From Abditibacteriaceae bacterium (GTDB lineage: Bacteria > Armatimonadota > Abditibacteriia > Abditibacteriales > Abditibacteriaceae): a stretch of 27,397 bases of DNA. The notes beneath the pieces are model-generated. The model was given only the letters and a program-made list of their open reading frames with translations, was not told the DNA's origin and did no database searches. How positions within the stretch are numbered: position 1 is the first letter of the stretch; each line of letters opens with the position of its first letter. The DNA lies in NCBI GenBank assembly GCA_031425655.1, contig JANPJS010000281.1:1-27397 (forward strand), in the 5' to 3' direction. The translations under genes and the position numbers were made by a program. Of this stretch, positions 18,074 to 25,965 are shown one piece after another.

Positions 18074-19325
18074 CAGGGCAAACGCATGAGAATTATGGGG
18101 CAGCCAGGATACTAAGCATATAATCCTCGTTCCAGCCCGACATTTTCCGGCGGCCCTTGATTCCACATTTGGTTTTGGTGTCTTGACGGAGCAAATTAAG
18201 CGTCAATTTGCGCAATGTGGCGAGATTTTGCGGGGCGTGATCTCGACGAACCCGACAATCATCTTCGCCAAAAGCCATTCGCCCAAAGGGCACCCGAAGA
18301 CCCAATGGAGACTATTTTCAATGCCCCAATGTGCCCGAATAGCGTGCATCAAACGCGCCGCTTGGGGTGCCAGGCTACTCAAATAATAGTGGCGCGTCAC
18401 CGTCGGCACAATTTGACCTCCCACAGGCACGCCTTCGGGCGGCAGAACACTCCGCTCCCGCTCCATCATGACCACACTTTGCAAACCCTGCCACTGCCGC
18501 AGGGCTTGAGGCCATTCCTCTGGCGTGGTTTGCAGACAAAAACAGCGTCTAACCTCGTGACGACCATGCCCCCATTCACCCGTAACACCAGAATCGTCGC
18601 TCAATTGGGTTAAACCGCCCGGTTGACCTCGACACCAGGCAAAGTAATCGCGCACGTCTTCATAGAGATGAAGATGATTGGCCTTCAAAGCCAACACATA
18701 ATCGCCACCACGTTCTTGAACTTTGGCGGCAATGGATTTTTGGCTGTTGAGCGCATCGGCTGTCACGATGCGCCCTTTTAAATCCAACATCTCTAACAAC
18801 AAGGGCACCGCCGTCATCTCATTGCTTTTTTGTTCGACTTCTTGCTGGGCCAGCACCAAGCGTGCTTGCGCGGCCCACACCGACACCAAATGCAAAGCGC
18901 CTTGACCCGTGGCTGTATCGAACGAACGGCGCATCGTTTTGCCGTCAATAGCCAGAATCTCACCTTTTGTGGACTGTTGCAAATGCTGTGTCCACGCCAT
19001 AAAGCAGGCTTCAAAGGCTTTGGCGTCCAGCAAGGAAAAGAGGCGATTGAAGGTATCGTGACTGGGGATACCGTGCGGCAATTCCAATCCTAAACGTTCC
19101 CGCAACCATGTTTCTTTGGCTAAACCGTAGTCCTCGAAGTCCACAAAACCTTCGGCCCCGCTGAGCGTGGCGCACAGGGCAATGCATAACACGTCAATGA
19201 GGCGATGGTTAAAGGCATGATTGGCGCGGCGTGGGTCGGGAACACGCTCGAATATCTCGAAAATTAGCATGAACCCAGTTTCTCATGAACCTCTCCCCTA
19301 ACTTATTTCTCATGCGATTGCCCTG
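18074..19325 (-). mobile_element. ISAs1-family insertion sequence, complete ends
   Basis: The terminal IRs are cagggcaaacgcatgagaa (18074-18092) and ttctcatgcgattgccctg (19307-19325), matching at 18/19. A 10-bp target-site duplication tttgggcagg flanks the element at 18064-18073 and 19326-19335. Confidence 0.95.
18093..19270 (-). pseudogene. ISAs1-family DDE transposase, frameshifted near the C-terminus
   Basis: Motifs PDPR, GIPSHDTF, AIDGKT, KSNE, DAL, KANH, HGRHE and HWGIENSLHWV are present. The expected tail (MAFGEDDCRVR...NLATLRK...GWNEDY) continues in another frame (stop at 18093) after extra bases at about 18279-18298. Confidence 0.9.
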
Positions 19326-19408
19326 TTTGGGCAGGGGGGAGCCTAAGCCCTGCTTGAAGAAACCCCGTAAACTGAAGGCTTGCCGAAATTGATTTTTACG
19401 AGGTAGCG

Positions 19409-21475
19409 ATGTCTGATTTTCGCTTTGAAGGCGATGCGCCGTCCGAAACCCCGCCCGCGCCACCCGCTGCGCCCCCCAAACCCGAACCGCCCGCCGCGCC
19501 TGAGACGGCGGCGGCTCCCACACCGGCGTCGCCGGCTGCTGCATTCGGTTTCGCGCTGCAAGCCGATGCGGAACCAACACCCGCGACGGTCGCTCCCATT
19601 GCGCCGAAACCGGCTCCTGTCGCGGAGACCGCTGCACCACCCGCGACCGCTGCACCCGCGACAGCAGCGGCGCCCATAACTCCAGCGCCGCCCGCAGCAC
19701 CAGTAGCGCCCGCAACTCCAGCGCCGCCCGCAGTTCCGTCCGTCGCCGCGCAAGCCTCGCCGCTTTTGGTGCCGCCTCTCGATTACGACACCTTGAGCGC
19801 CGCGCCACCCGCGCGACCGGCTCAGGCACCGCCCGCGACACCGACAGCAGCGCCACCAGCGGCAGCGAGGCCCGCCGCAGCGCCGCCCGCTCGTCCAGGC
19901 GCACCGCCCGCAGGGAGTGCGCCGCGTCCGGCGGCGCCCGCGTCCGGCGCGCCACAGACCGCTCCGTCCACAGCACCACAACGTCCGGCTCCAAGCGCGA
20001 CACCCGCGACACCGCAAGCGCCACGCGCGCCGCAGCCACCGGGCGCGGCGCCAAGACCGGCAGCACCGCAAGGCGCGCCGCGTCCCGCCGCAGCGGCACC
20101 GCCAGCGCAAGCGCCGGGAAACCCCGCCGCAGGAAACCCCGCTGCACGTCCGGCGACAGCGGGGCCACGGCCTCCGGCAGCCCCTCAACCGCCCGGCGCG
20201 CCGCGTCCGGCAGCGCCCCAACCACCGACGGCGCCCGGAGCGCCGCGCGGTGCGGCACCACGTCCCGCCGCGCCGCAAGCGCCGACGCCGCCCAGCGACC
20301 CGAACGCGGCAGCGAGCAACGTCGCGGCTTACGCGGCGGCTAACCTCAGCGGCAATTCGGCGTCGAAGATGGACAACGCCATGTCCGGCTTAAACGGGCT
20401 GGTGGAAAAAGCCTTGCCCATCGCCGAATGGATGATGAAAATCGGCGGAGGTTTGACGCTGCTGGCGCTGATTTACCTCGCGTTGCAGCTTTTCGGCGGC
20501 AGAACCACGGCGATGGCCCTCGGCACTCCGCTGTGGAGCAACATTAATTTGGCGACCAGTCTCTTCGGCCCGCTGGCGATTTTAGCCGCGTTAGGCGCCA
20601 TCTTCGTGATCTGGGAGCAAAAAGGCGCCGGCATCGCGTTATCCGTGCTGGGCCTCGGATTATTCATCGGCGCGCCGATTGTGCTCGGCAAGCAGTTCAA
20701 CGCCGGCAATGGCAGCGTGGCCGGCTATGCGGCCACGCAACTCATGGACGCCTGCCGCATTGCGGGCTTCGGAATCACGGCGATTGGCTTATTGAAATGG
20801 CTGATCGAAGTCGTCGTCTGGCTGATGGAAATGCCCGACCGCATGAAGCAAAAAGCCGATGTCGGCAAAGGTCAGGGTCTCGATCCCAAGCAGCAGCGCG
20901 TGGCGCGCGATGCCAATATGTTTTCGCCGTGCTGGAGCCTGCCCTTTTGCCGCGAAGTGATTCGCAAACAGTGCCCGGCTTATCTGGCGCGCAAACGCTG
21001 CTGGAAATTTAAGCGCGGCTGCTATTGCGACGACGAAATGATCGCGCGCATCATTCGCGGCGATTCGCTGGAAAAGATTCTCGCGCCCACCAAAATGAGC
21101 CAGCTTCGCAAGCCGCCCTGCAAACGCTGCTACATTTATCTGGAACACCAAACCCACAAGTTCAAGGTCATGAGTCCGCTGGCAGTGCCTTTGACCATTA
21201 TGTTCATGTTCGCCATCTGGAACCCGTTTACGACGGTGTTTCGCCCGGCTTATCAGAAAATGGATACCTGGCAGAAAAACCTGCATTTATTCAGCGCGCC
21301 CGACCCGTTTCAGGCCGACGCCAAGAATAAAGAAGAGGCGAGGAAAATCGGCGAAATTGACCCGGAGCAAGTTATCACCTACTCGCAAACGATGCTCGGT
21401 ATGCTCATAGGCTTCTTCGCGTTGATTTACATCTCGAAGTTCATTGAATGGGCAGTCTTCGAGGCCAAATTGTAG
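19409..21475 (+). CDS. membrane protein: ~300-aa Pro/Ala-rich disordered N-terminus, ~6 TM helices, 8-Cys two-CW-like metal-binding domain
   Basis: GAGGT RBS and several hydrophobic segments. The motif CWxxxxC...CPA...CW....GCxC...CxxCxxY lies at about 20930-21140. A strong terminator follows. Confidence 0.8.
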   Translation: MSDFRFEGDAPSETPPAPPAAPPKPEPPAAPETAAAPTPASPAAAFGFALQADAEPTPATVAPIAPKPAPVAETAAPPATAAPATAAAPITPAPPAAPVAPATPAPPAVPSVAAQASPLLVPPLDYDTLSAAPPARPAQAPPATPTAAPPAAARPAAAPPARPGAPPAGSAPRPAAPASGAPQTAPSTAPQRPAPSATPATPQAPRAPQPPGAAPRPAAPQGAPRPAAAAPPAQAPGNPAAGNPAARPATAGPRPPAAPQPPGAPRPAAPQPPTAPGAPRGAAPRPAAPQAPTPPSDPNAAASNVAAYAAANLSGNSASKMDNAMSGLNGLVEKALPIAEWMMKIGGGLTLLALIYLALQLFGGRTTAMALGTPLWSNINLATSLFGPLAILAALGAIFVIWEQKGAGIALSVLGLGLFIGAPIVLGKQFNAGNGSVAGYAATQLMDACRIAGFGITAIGLLKWLIEVVVWLMEMPDRMKQKADVGKGQGLDPKQQRVARDANMFSPCWSLPFCREVIRKQCPAYLARKRCWKFKRGCYCDDEMIARIIRGDSLEKILAPTKMSQLRKPPCKRCYIYLEHQTHKFKVMSPLAVPLTIMFMFAIWNPFTTVFRPAYQKMDTWQKNLHLFSAPDPFQADAKNKEEARKIGEIDPEQVITYSQTMLGMLIGFFALIYISKFIEWAVFEAKL

Positions 21476-21488
21476 CCGGCTTCAAGCC

Positions 21489-21531
21489 AACAAAACCCGG
21501 CCTCGCGTCTGCGAGGCCGGGTTTTGTTTTT
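21489..21531. terminator. intrinsic (probably bidirectional) terminator
   Basis: 18-bp stem aacaaaacccggcctcgc / gcgaggccgggttttgtt with a 4-nt loop and a T tail, between convergent genes. Confidence 0.85.
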
Positions 21532-21580
21532 GGCGCCTCCTTTATCACGCTAAGTGAGGCAACAATGCAAAACTCCACGT

Positions 21581-21627
21581 CGCAGAACCCCCAAACCCCC
21601 TTAGCAAGGGGGCTTGGGGGTTCTGCG
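21581..21627. repeat. 22-bp-arm G/C-tract palindrome (REP-like; possible terminator for the GH43 gene)
   Basis: cgcagaacccccaaaccccctt-agc-aagggggcttgggggttctgcg, with 1 mismatch. Confidence 0.7.
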
Positions 21628-21655
21628 GTGCAGCCCTTCATCGGGAACCCCTACA

Positions 21656-23065
21656 TCAGCGCTGTCGCAGCGTCCATTTCTGGCAATTGAGGCCATTCGA
21701 TGTCCAGGTTTGAATCGGCGTGCCGTCGAGCAGCCCGCAGCCCGCAACATCCAACGCCACCGCTTTGTTGCTGACTTTGGTGAGCAGCGTGTAAGTCCCG
21801 TCCTCGTTTTGTTGAAAATACCACGATTGGCAATCGGCATTTTGTGGCGCGACGAGTTCGACTTTGGCGCCCGGCTTGGCATCGCAGCCGACCAGAGCCA
21901 GCGCTTTTTTGCTGCGAGCGTTGATAATCTGGTAATAGCCGTCGCCGCGATAATTCAGCGTCCATTTTTGGCTTTCCAAATTTTTATTAGTCGAAGTTTC
22001 CAGCAACGCGCCGGAGTTTTGCGCATCGCCGATAACCGAAGCGACTCCATGCGTGCCGGTATTGGACACGATTTTATACGGCCCCGAATCAAGCACAACG
22101 CGCGGCCAGCCATCGCTATCCCACGCCAGTTTGTTGAGGTTCATGGTCGTGGCGCCTTTTTTGTCGCGGGCCCATTCGTAGTGTGTGGAAACCCAGTCGC
22201 CGTCCCTGTCGTGCAAAATTCCGACGTGGCCGGGGCCGATTTGATCGTCCACGACTCTGCCGCTGCCGTCATCATAAATCGCGTTCAAAAACAGAGTGCC
22301 GCCGCCGACCATCATGTCTTTGCCGGCTTTGTCCACATACGGCCCGGTCACGTTTTTCGAGCGTCCCACGCGAATGTTATAAGCACTTCTGCCGCCCGCG
22401 CAGCAGTTGTCCCAGTTCACGAAAAGATAATAATAACCGTCGTGGAACTCAACCGCGGGGGCTTCGATGGCATTGGGCGGAGTGTCGGGCCGTGTTGCAA
22501 GATTATAAATCTTGTCGTCGGCCCGTTTGCCAGTCGCCGGGTTGATGGAAACCAACTTGATGCCGCTGAAATACGAGCCGAACGTAAGCCAATATTTTCC
22601 TTCGGCGTCCTCGAAAATGCACGGATCAATCGCATTAAAATGGTCTTGCGCCGTTGAATTGATAACGACGCCCTGATCTACCCATTTCGTCGGCTCTAAG
22701 GTTTCGTTGGTCGCTACGCCGATGCCGGAAATGTTGCTGCCAAAAGTCGAATACGAGTAGTAAAGATAGTATTTATCTTTGATTTTATGCACGTCCGGCG
22801 CCCAGACGCCGTTGTCTTTGTTGGCCGGCACCGCCGCAGCAACCCACGCCGGCGCAGTCGGCAAAACCGGGCCGTGCTTTGTCCAATGCACGCGGTCGGT
22901 CGAAGAAAACTGCTGCGTGCCTTTTCCCGTTCCGTAAACCCAGTAAACGCCGTCGCGCTTGAGGATCGTCGAAGGATCGCGCGTCAGCGCATCGGTCTCA
23001 AAAGCCAGAGCGGGCGCGCAGGCCAGCAATAAAACTATAAACGCCCGCGACATTTGCAATTTCAT
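21656..23065 (-). CDS. secreted GH43 endo-1,5-alpha-L-arabinanase-like enzyme with C-terminal ricin-B/CBM13 lectin domain
   Basis: Signal peptide from ATG 23065 (RBS GAGGGG). GH43 catalytic motifs are RDPS, WAPD, NAIDP, FGSY, AIEAP, CCAG and GPGH. QxW repeats (QKW, QSW, QKW) mark the C-terminal domain. Confidence 0.88.
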   Translation of the reverse strand: MKLQMSRAFIVLLLACAPALAFETDALTRDPSTILKRDGVYWVYGTGKGTQQFSSTDRVHWTKHGPVLPTAPAWVAAAVPANKDNGVWAPDVHKIKDKYYLYYSYSTFGSNISGIGVATNETLEPTKWVDQGVVINSTAQDHFNAIDPCIFEDAEGKYWLTFGSYFSGIKLVSINPATGKRADDKIYNLATRPDTPPNAIEAPAVEFHDGYYYLFVNWDNCCAGGRSAYNIRVGRSKNVTGPYVDKAGKDMMVGGGTLFLNAIYDDGSGRVVDDQIGPGHVGILHDRDGDWVSTHYEWARDKKGATTMNLNKLAWDSDGWPRVVLDSGPYKIVSNTGTHGVASVIGDAQNSGALLETSTNKNLESQKWTLNYRGDGYYQIINARSKKALALVGCDAKPGAKVELVAPQNADCQSWYFQQNEDGTYTLLTKVSNKAVALDVAGCGLLDGTPIQTWTSNGLNCQKWTLRQR

Positions 23066-23107
23066 AATTCCCCTCTTTCTTACGCAGTGTGCTATGCATC
23101 GGTGGTT

Positions 23108-23310
23108 TTTCAACGGGAAGGCGGTAAGACCGGGAAGGCACAAAGAGATTTGAGTGCTTTGGACGGGCGGACATCCACATTACCTGTTGGGTTTGCGCGT
23201 GGATATTTGCGCTTGGATATTGGATGAGGGCTGTGTTCAAACCGCTTTTTCGCCTCGTCAACTCTCTCAAGGCTTCCCGTCTTCCCGGTCTTTGCGTCTT
23301 CCCGTTGAAA
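23108..23310. repeat. ~200-bp MITE-like element with 32-bp imperfect terminal inverted repeats made of ...AAG units
   Basis: tttcaacgggaaggcggtaagaccgggaaggc (23108-23139) matches the reverse complement of 23279-23310 at 28/32. Confidence 0.7.
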
Positions 23311-23429
23311 GCGGCCAGACCGCGTCAGGTGAGTTTCTCTCTTTTCTTTGCCGCTGCAAATCGCGTCGTTTTCGCGCTGTTTTTGCGTTTGCGCGGCAAT
23401 TCACGAACGACGCGGCGTGCAACCCAATT

Positions 23430-24764
23430 CTATCGCTGCGCGGCGGCGCTGCGAAGGGGCAATTCCGCGTTTCCGTGCGCTATCGCGCGCTGAAAACCAC
23501 ATTTCTTCATCGCGCTTTGAACGGCTTGGTTTTTCCCAAAAATATCCCAGACAAAGCCACTGCGCGCATTTTCGGCCATGAGCAGAGTGATGCCGACATC
23601 AATGCCGATCACATCGGCGTCATACCAGCCGGTGGGCGGATTGAAGGCATCCACGAAGCCATAATGCAGCCATGAGCGCGGATATTTTTCGCGCAAATTA
23701 CGCAGACAGCGCACGCACTCTTGCGGCAAAAACGGCAGAGAGCCGCCCGGCGCGCAGGGAACGAGCGTGCCGTCCAATTTGCCCTGTTCCGGCGGGCCGC
23801 CCCACGCCGTATAGCCGCGCGCCGAATCCGACGCGGTAATTCCCCAAACATCCGGGCCAAAATGCGGGAATCGCTCGCCGAGTTTTGTGCAAAATCGGCG
23901 GTGCGCTTTGGTAGCCGAGATTGAGTTCTCAAAGTAATTCGCGTAATCGTCGCGCAGGCCGCGAAAATCGAACCAGGCGTGAGAGTATTGATGCACGAAA
24001 AGCGGCGCGCCTGCCTCAATGTAACGCAAACCCTCGTATTCAAAAAGCGGGCGGCGCCATGATTTCCACGCCTCGGCGCTAATCGGCTTTTCCGGCGCGC
24101 CGATGGCCAACAAATATATCATCATCAGTTCGCTGTAAGCGCCCCAATGATATTTTAGGAAGCCGCTTTCGGGCTTCCAACCGTGGCGAATCAGCAGGCC
24201 GTCGGTCAGCCACGGCCAGTTCACGCGCGCATAAATATCATCGGCTAAAGTGCGAATTTCGTCATCATTTGCGAAGAAACCGCGACAAGCTAAGACACCA
24301 CACAGCAAAATCGCGCTGTCAATCGTCGAAACCTCGCTTTTCCACATTCGCTCGCCGCTTTGCGCGTTGACAAAGTGAAAATAAAAGCCGTTTTTGTGCG
24401 GCATCGCGTTGCGCAGAAATTGGAGCGTCGTCGCCACGCGGGCGCGAATTTCGTCGTGCGGCTTCCAACCTCGGTTCGCAGCGATGCAAAGCGCGGTCAG
24501 GCCGAAGCCGGTCGCGGCGATGCTGGCGACATCGCGCCGGTCGTTGCCCGCAGCCCCGGCGCGGTCGGGCACCAAGCCGGTTTTCGGGTCGGCGCATTCC
24601 CAAAAGTAAGCCAAGCACGCTTGTTGCAATTCGTCGAGAAACGCTTCGTCTTCGCGCGAAAATACGTTCTGGCCGGCTAACGGCGCGGCCAAAAGCGGCG
24701 CGAGGCCGATTTCGGCCAAAACGGTCGTGGCGGCGGCATTTTTAAGGAATTCGCGGCGTTTCAT
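23430..24764 (-). CDS. Tat-exported glucoamylase-family (PF10091-like / GH144-like endo-beta-1,2-glucanase) protein
   Basis: MKRREFLK Tat signal; motifs ASIAATGFGL, EVSTIDSA, LFVHQYSH, WGITASD, YGFVDAFN and GIDVGITLLMAENARSG. Confidence 0.85.
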   Translation of the reverse strand: MKRREFLKNAAATTVLAEIGLAPLLAAPLAGQNVFSREDEAFLDELQQACLAYFWECADPKTGLVPDRAGAAGNDRRDVASIAATGFGLTALCIAANRGWKPHDEIRARVATTLQFLRNAMPHKNGFYFHFVNAQSGERMWKSEVSTIDSAILLCGVLACRGFFANDDEIRTLADDIYARVNWPWLTDGLLIRHGWKPESGFLKYHWGAYSELMMIYLLAIGAPEKPISAEAWKSWRRPLFEYEGLRYIEAGAPLFVHQYSHAWFDFRGLRDDYANYFENSISATKAHRRFCTKLGERFPHFGPDVWGITASDSARGYTAWGGPPEQGKLDGTLVPCAPGGSLPFLPQECVRCLRNLREKYPRSWLHYGFVDAFNPPTGWYDADVIGIDVGITLLMAENARSGFVWDIFGKNQAVQSAMKKCGFQRAIAHGNAELPLRSAAAQR

Positions 24765-24806
24765 AGCAGAAAACGGAGTGTTCTTAATGCTTCTTCGCAG
24801 GCGTTA

Positions 24807-25000
24807 TTATTGGATACAAGGCAGAAGAGCGGTTTTGCAATAGTCGCAGAGCCTCTGGCGAACTTGCGCCGAGGAAAGTTTACGCTCCGGTTCAACAATG
24901 TTTCTCTTGCCATGCATCCACTTCGGCTCAATCGCATTGAGCCACGGGCTTTTGACTGGAAGCGGGCATACCAGCAAACGACATCCGGCTTTTTCTCCGC
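24807..25000 (-). pseudogene. IS630-family transposase C-terminal remnant
   Basis: LLVCPLPVKSPWLNAIEPKWMHGKR contains the IS630/Tc1 LPxxSPxLNxIE motif. No N-terminal part is present. Confidence 0.75.
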
Positions 25001-25188
25001 ATGATAAATGCCGGGCGGCTAAAGCCACGGCCCGCAAAAAGCCGCCGCCAAAAATCCTAATGCAATTGCCCTGAAACAGGCGTCTTTGTAATCCCTACAC
25101 ACCAAATAAAAACGTGAAGCTAAGCTGTTGTTTCCACGCAAAGCAGATGTTTATCGAGATAACAAATGACTACAAGTGCAGATTGTGT

Positions 25189-25965
25189 TCAATTCGCGGC
25201 GGGCGCGGTCAATCGGCGCACCGAAAGGCGATAAAAATAGTCTTTATTGGCGCGATTATCGGCGTCGAAGATTTCCAATAAATACGCGCCGTCGGCAGTT
25301 AATTGATGCTTGAGAATGCAGTCGTTGCCTTGATCTACGGCCACTTGAACCGAAGCGCCGCGCGGGTCGCGCAATCGTAAAATCGGCTCCCATGCGGCAC
25401 CGGCGCGGCGAGCTAAAATCTCGAACTGCCACAGTTCGCCGGTTTTGCCGTCAATGCGGAAAACATCGGCGCCTTCATTATCTATTTTTCCCAAAATGGC
25501 AACCGGAACCGAAGCGATAATCTGTGGTGCCAACAGTCTGTTATTCGGCTCTTTTTCTTCGATTTCGGCATAAACGTCGTCAATATAAATGCGCCCTTCC
25601 GGCTGCGTTTCGCCTTCGTGAACCATCTTGAATTTGTAACTATTGGGCGGCAGATTGGCCGGAGAGACAATTTCAATCTCAACCATCACGTTGCCTTTGG
25701 CTTTTTCGGCGTCGTCTTTAGGCGTGATCGCTTCGACTTTGAGAATCTTGGCTTTGACGCGGTTGTCCAGAAATTCTATGGATTTCGGCGCCAAATCCTG
25801 ACCCAAAACTTTAATTGTTGTGGTTTTATCGTTGGGAATCCAATAAGGCTGGGCGCTGCGAAATTCCGGCTTTGGCTTCGGTTTATCTTCAGCGCCGGCG
25901 CAAGTTGCCACGCCCAAAAGCAGCGCCAAAAAGCCGATAGGTTTTGTCCATTTACGCGTATTCAT
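25189..25965 (-). CDS. secreted protein with Ig-like and PPC (bacterial pre-peptidase C-terminal)-like domains
   Basis: Signal peptide; EEKEPNN...Q..., G.I...DVFR..., PILRLRD..G, DG.Y.LEI.D...YRL pattern. It overlaps the upstream gene by ATGA. Confidence 0.7.
   Translation of the reverse strand: MNTRKWTKPIGFLALLLGVATCAGAEDKPKPKPEFRSAQPYWIPNDKTTTIKVLGQDLAPKSIEFLDNRVKAKILKVEAITPKDDAEKAKGNVMVEIEIVSPANLPPNSYKFKMVHEGETQPEGRIYIDDVYAEIEEKEPNNRLLAPQIIASVPVAILGKIDNEGADVFRIDGKTGELWQFEILARRAGAAWEPILRLRDPRGASVQVAVDQGNDCILKHQLTADGAYLLEIFDADNRANKDYFYRLSVRRLTAPAAN

Noticed and set aside
17614..18166. ORFs of 74-157 aa across the repeat hotspot
   Set aside because: They are translations of palindromic repeats and the IS end (e.g. 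PTLTLPP, PHPRPFP), typical spurious calls.
18279..18300. Programmed ribosomal frameshift in the ISAs1 transposase
   Set aside because: There is no slippery heptamer, and extra bases disrupt the conserved HWxLD motif. An insertion explains it better.
19271..19300. Upstream ATG (19286) with better RBS suggesting a second frameshift at the transposase 5' end
   Set aside because: It is out of frame by 1 nt, but the in-frame ATG at 19270 gives a plausible N-terminus. This cannot be decided without sister copies.
19209..20393. Long Arg/Gly/Cys-rich ORFs (350, 311 and 158 aa) over the Pro/Ala-rich region
   Set aside because: They are frame shadows of very GC-rich low-complexity coding sequence.
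21614..23675. Plus-strand ORFs 21614-22657 and 23154-23675
   Set aside because: They are antisense to well-supported glycoside hydrolase genes or span a repeat element, and show no protein-like features.
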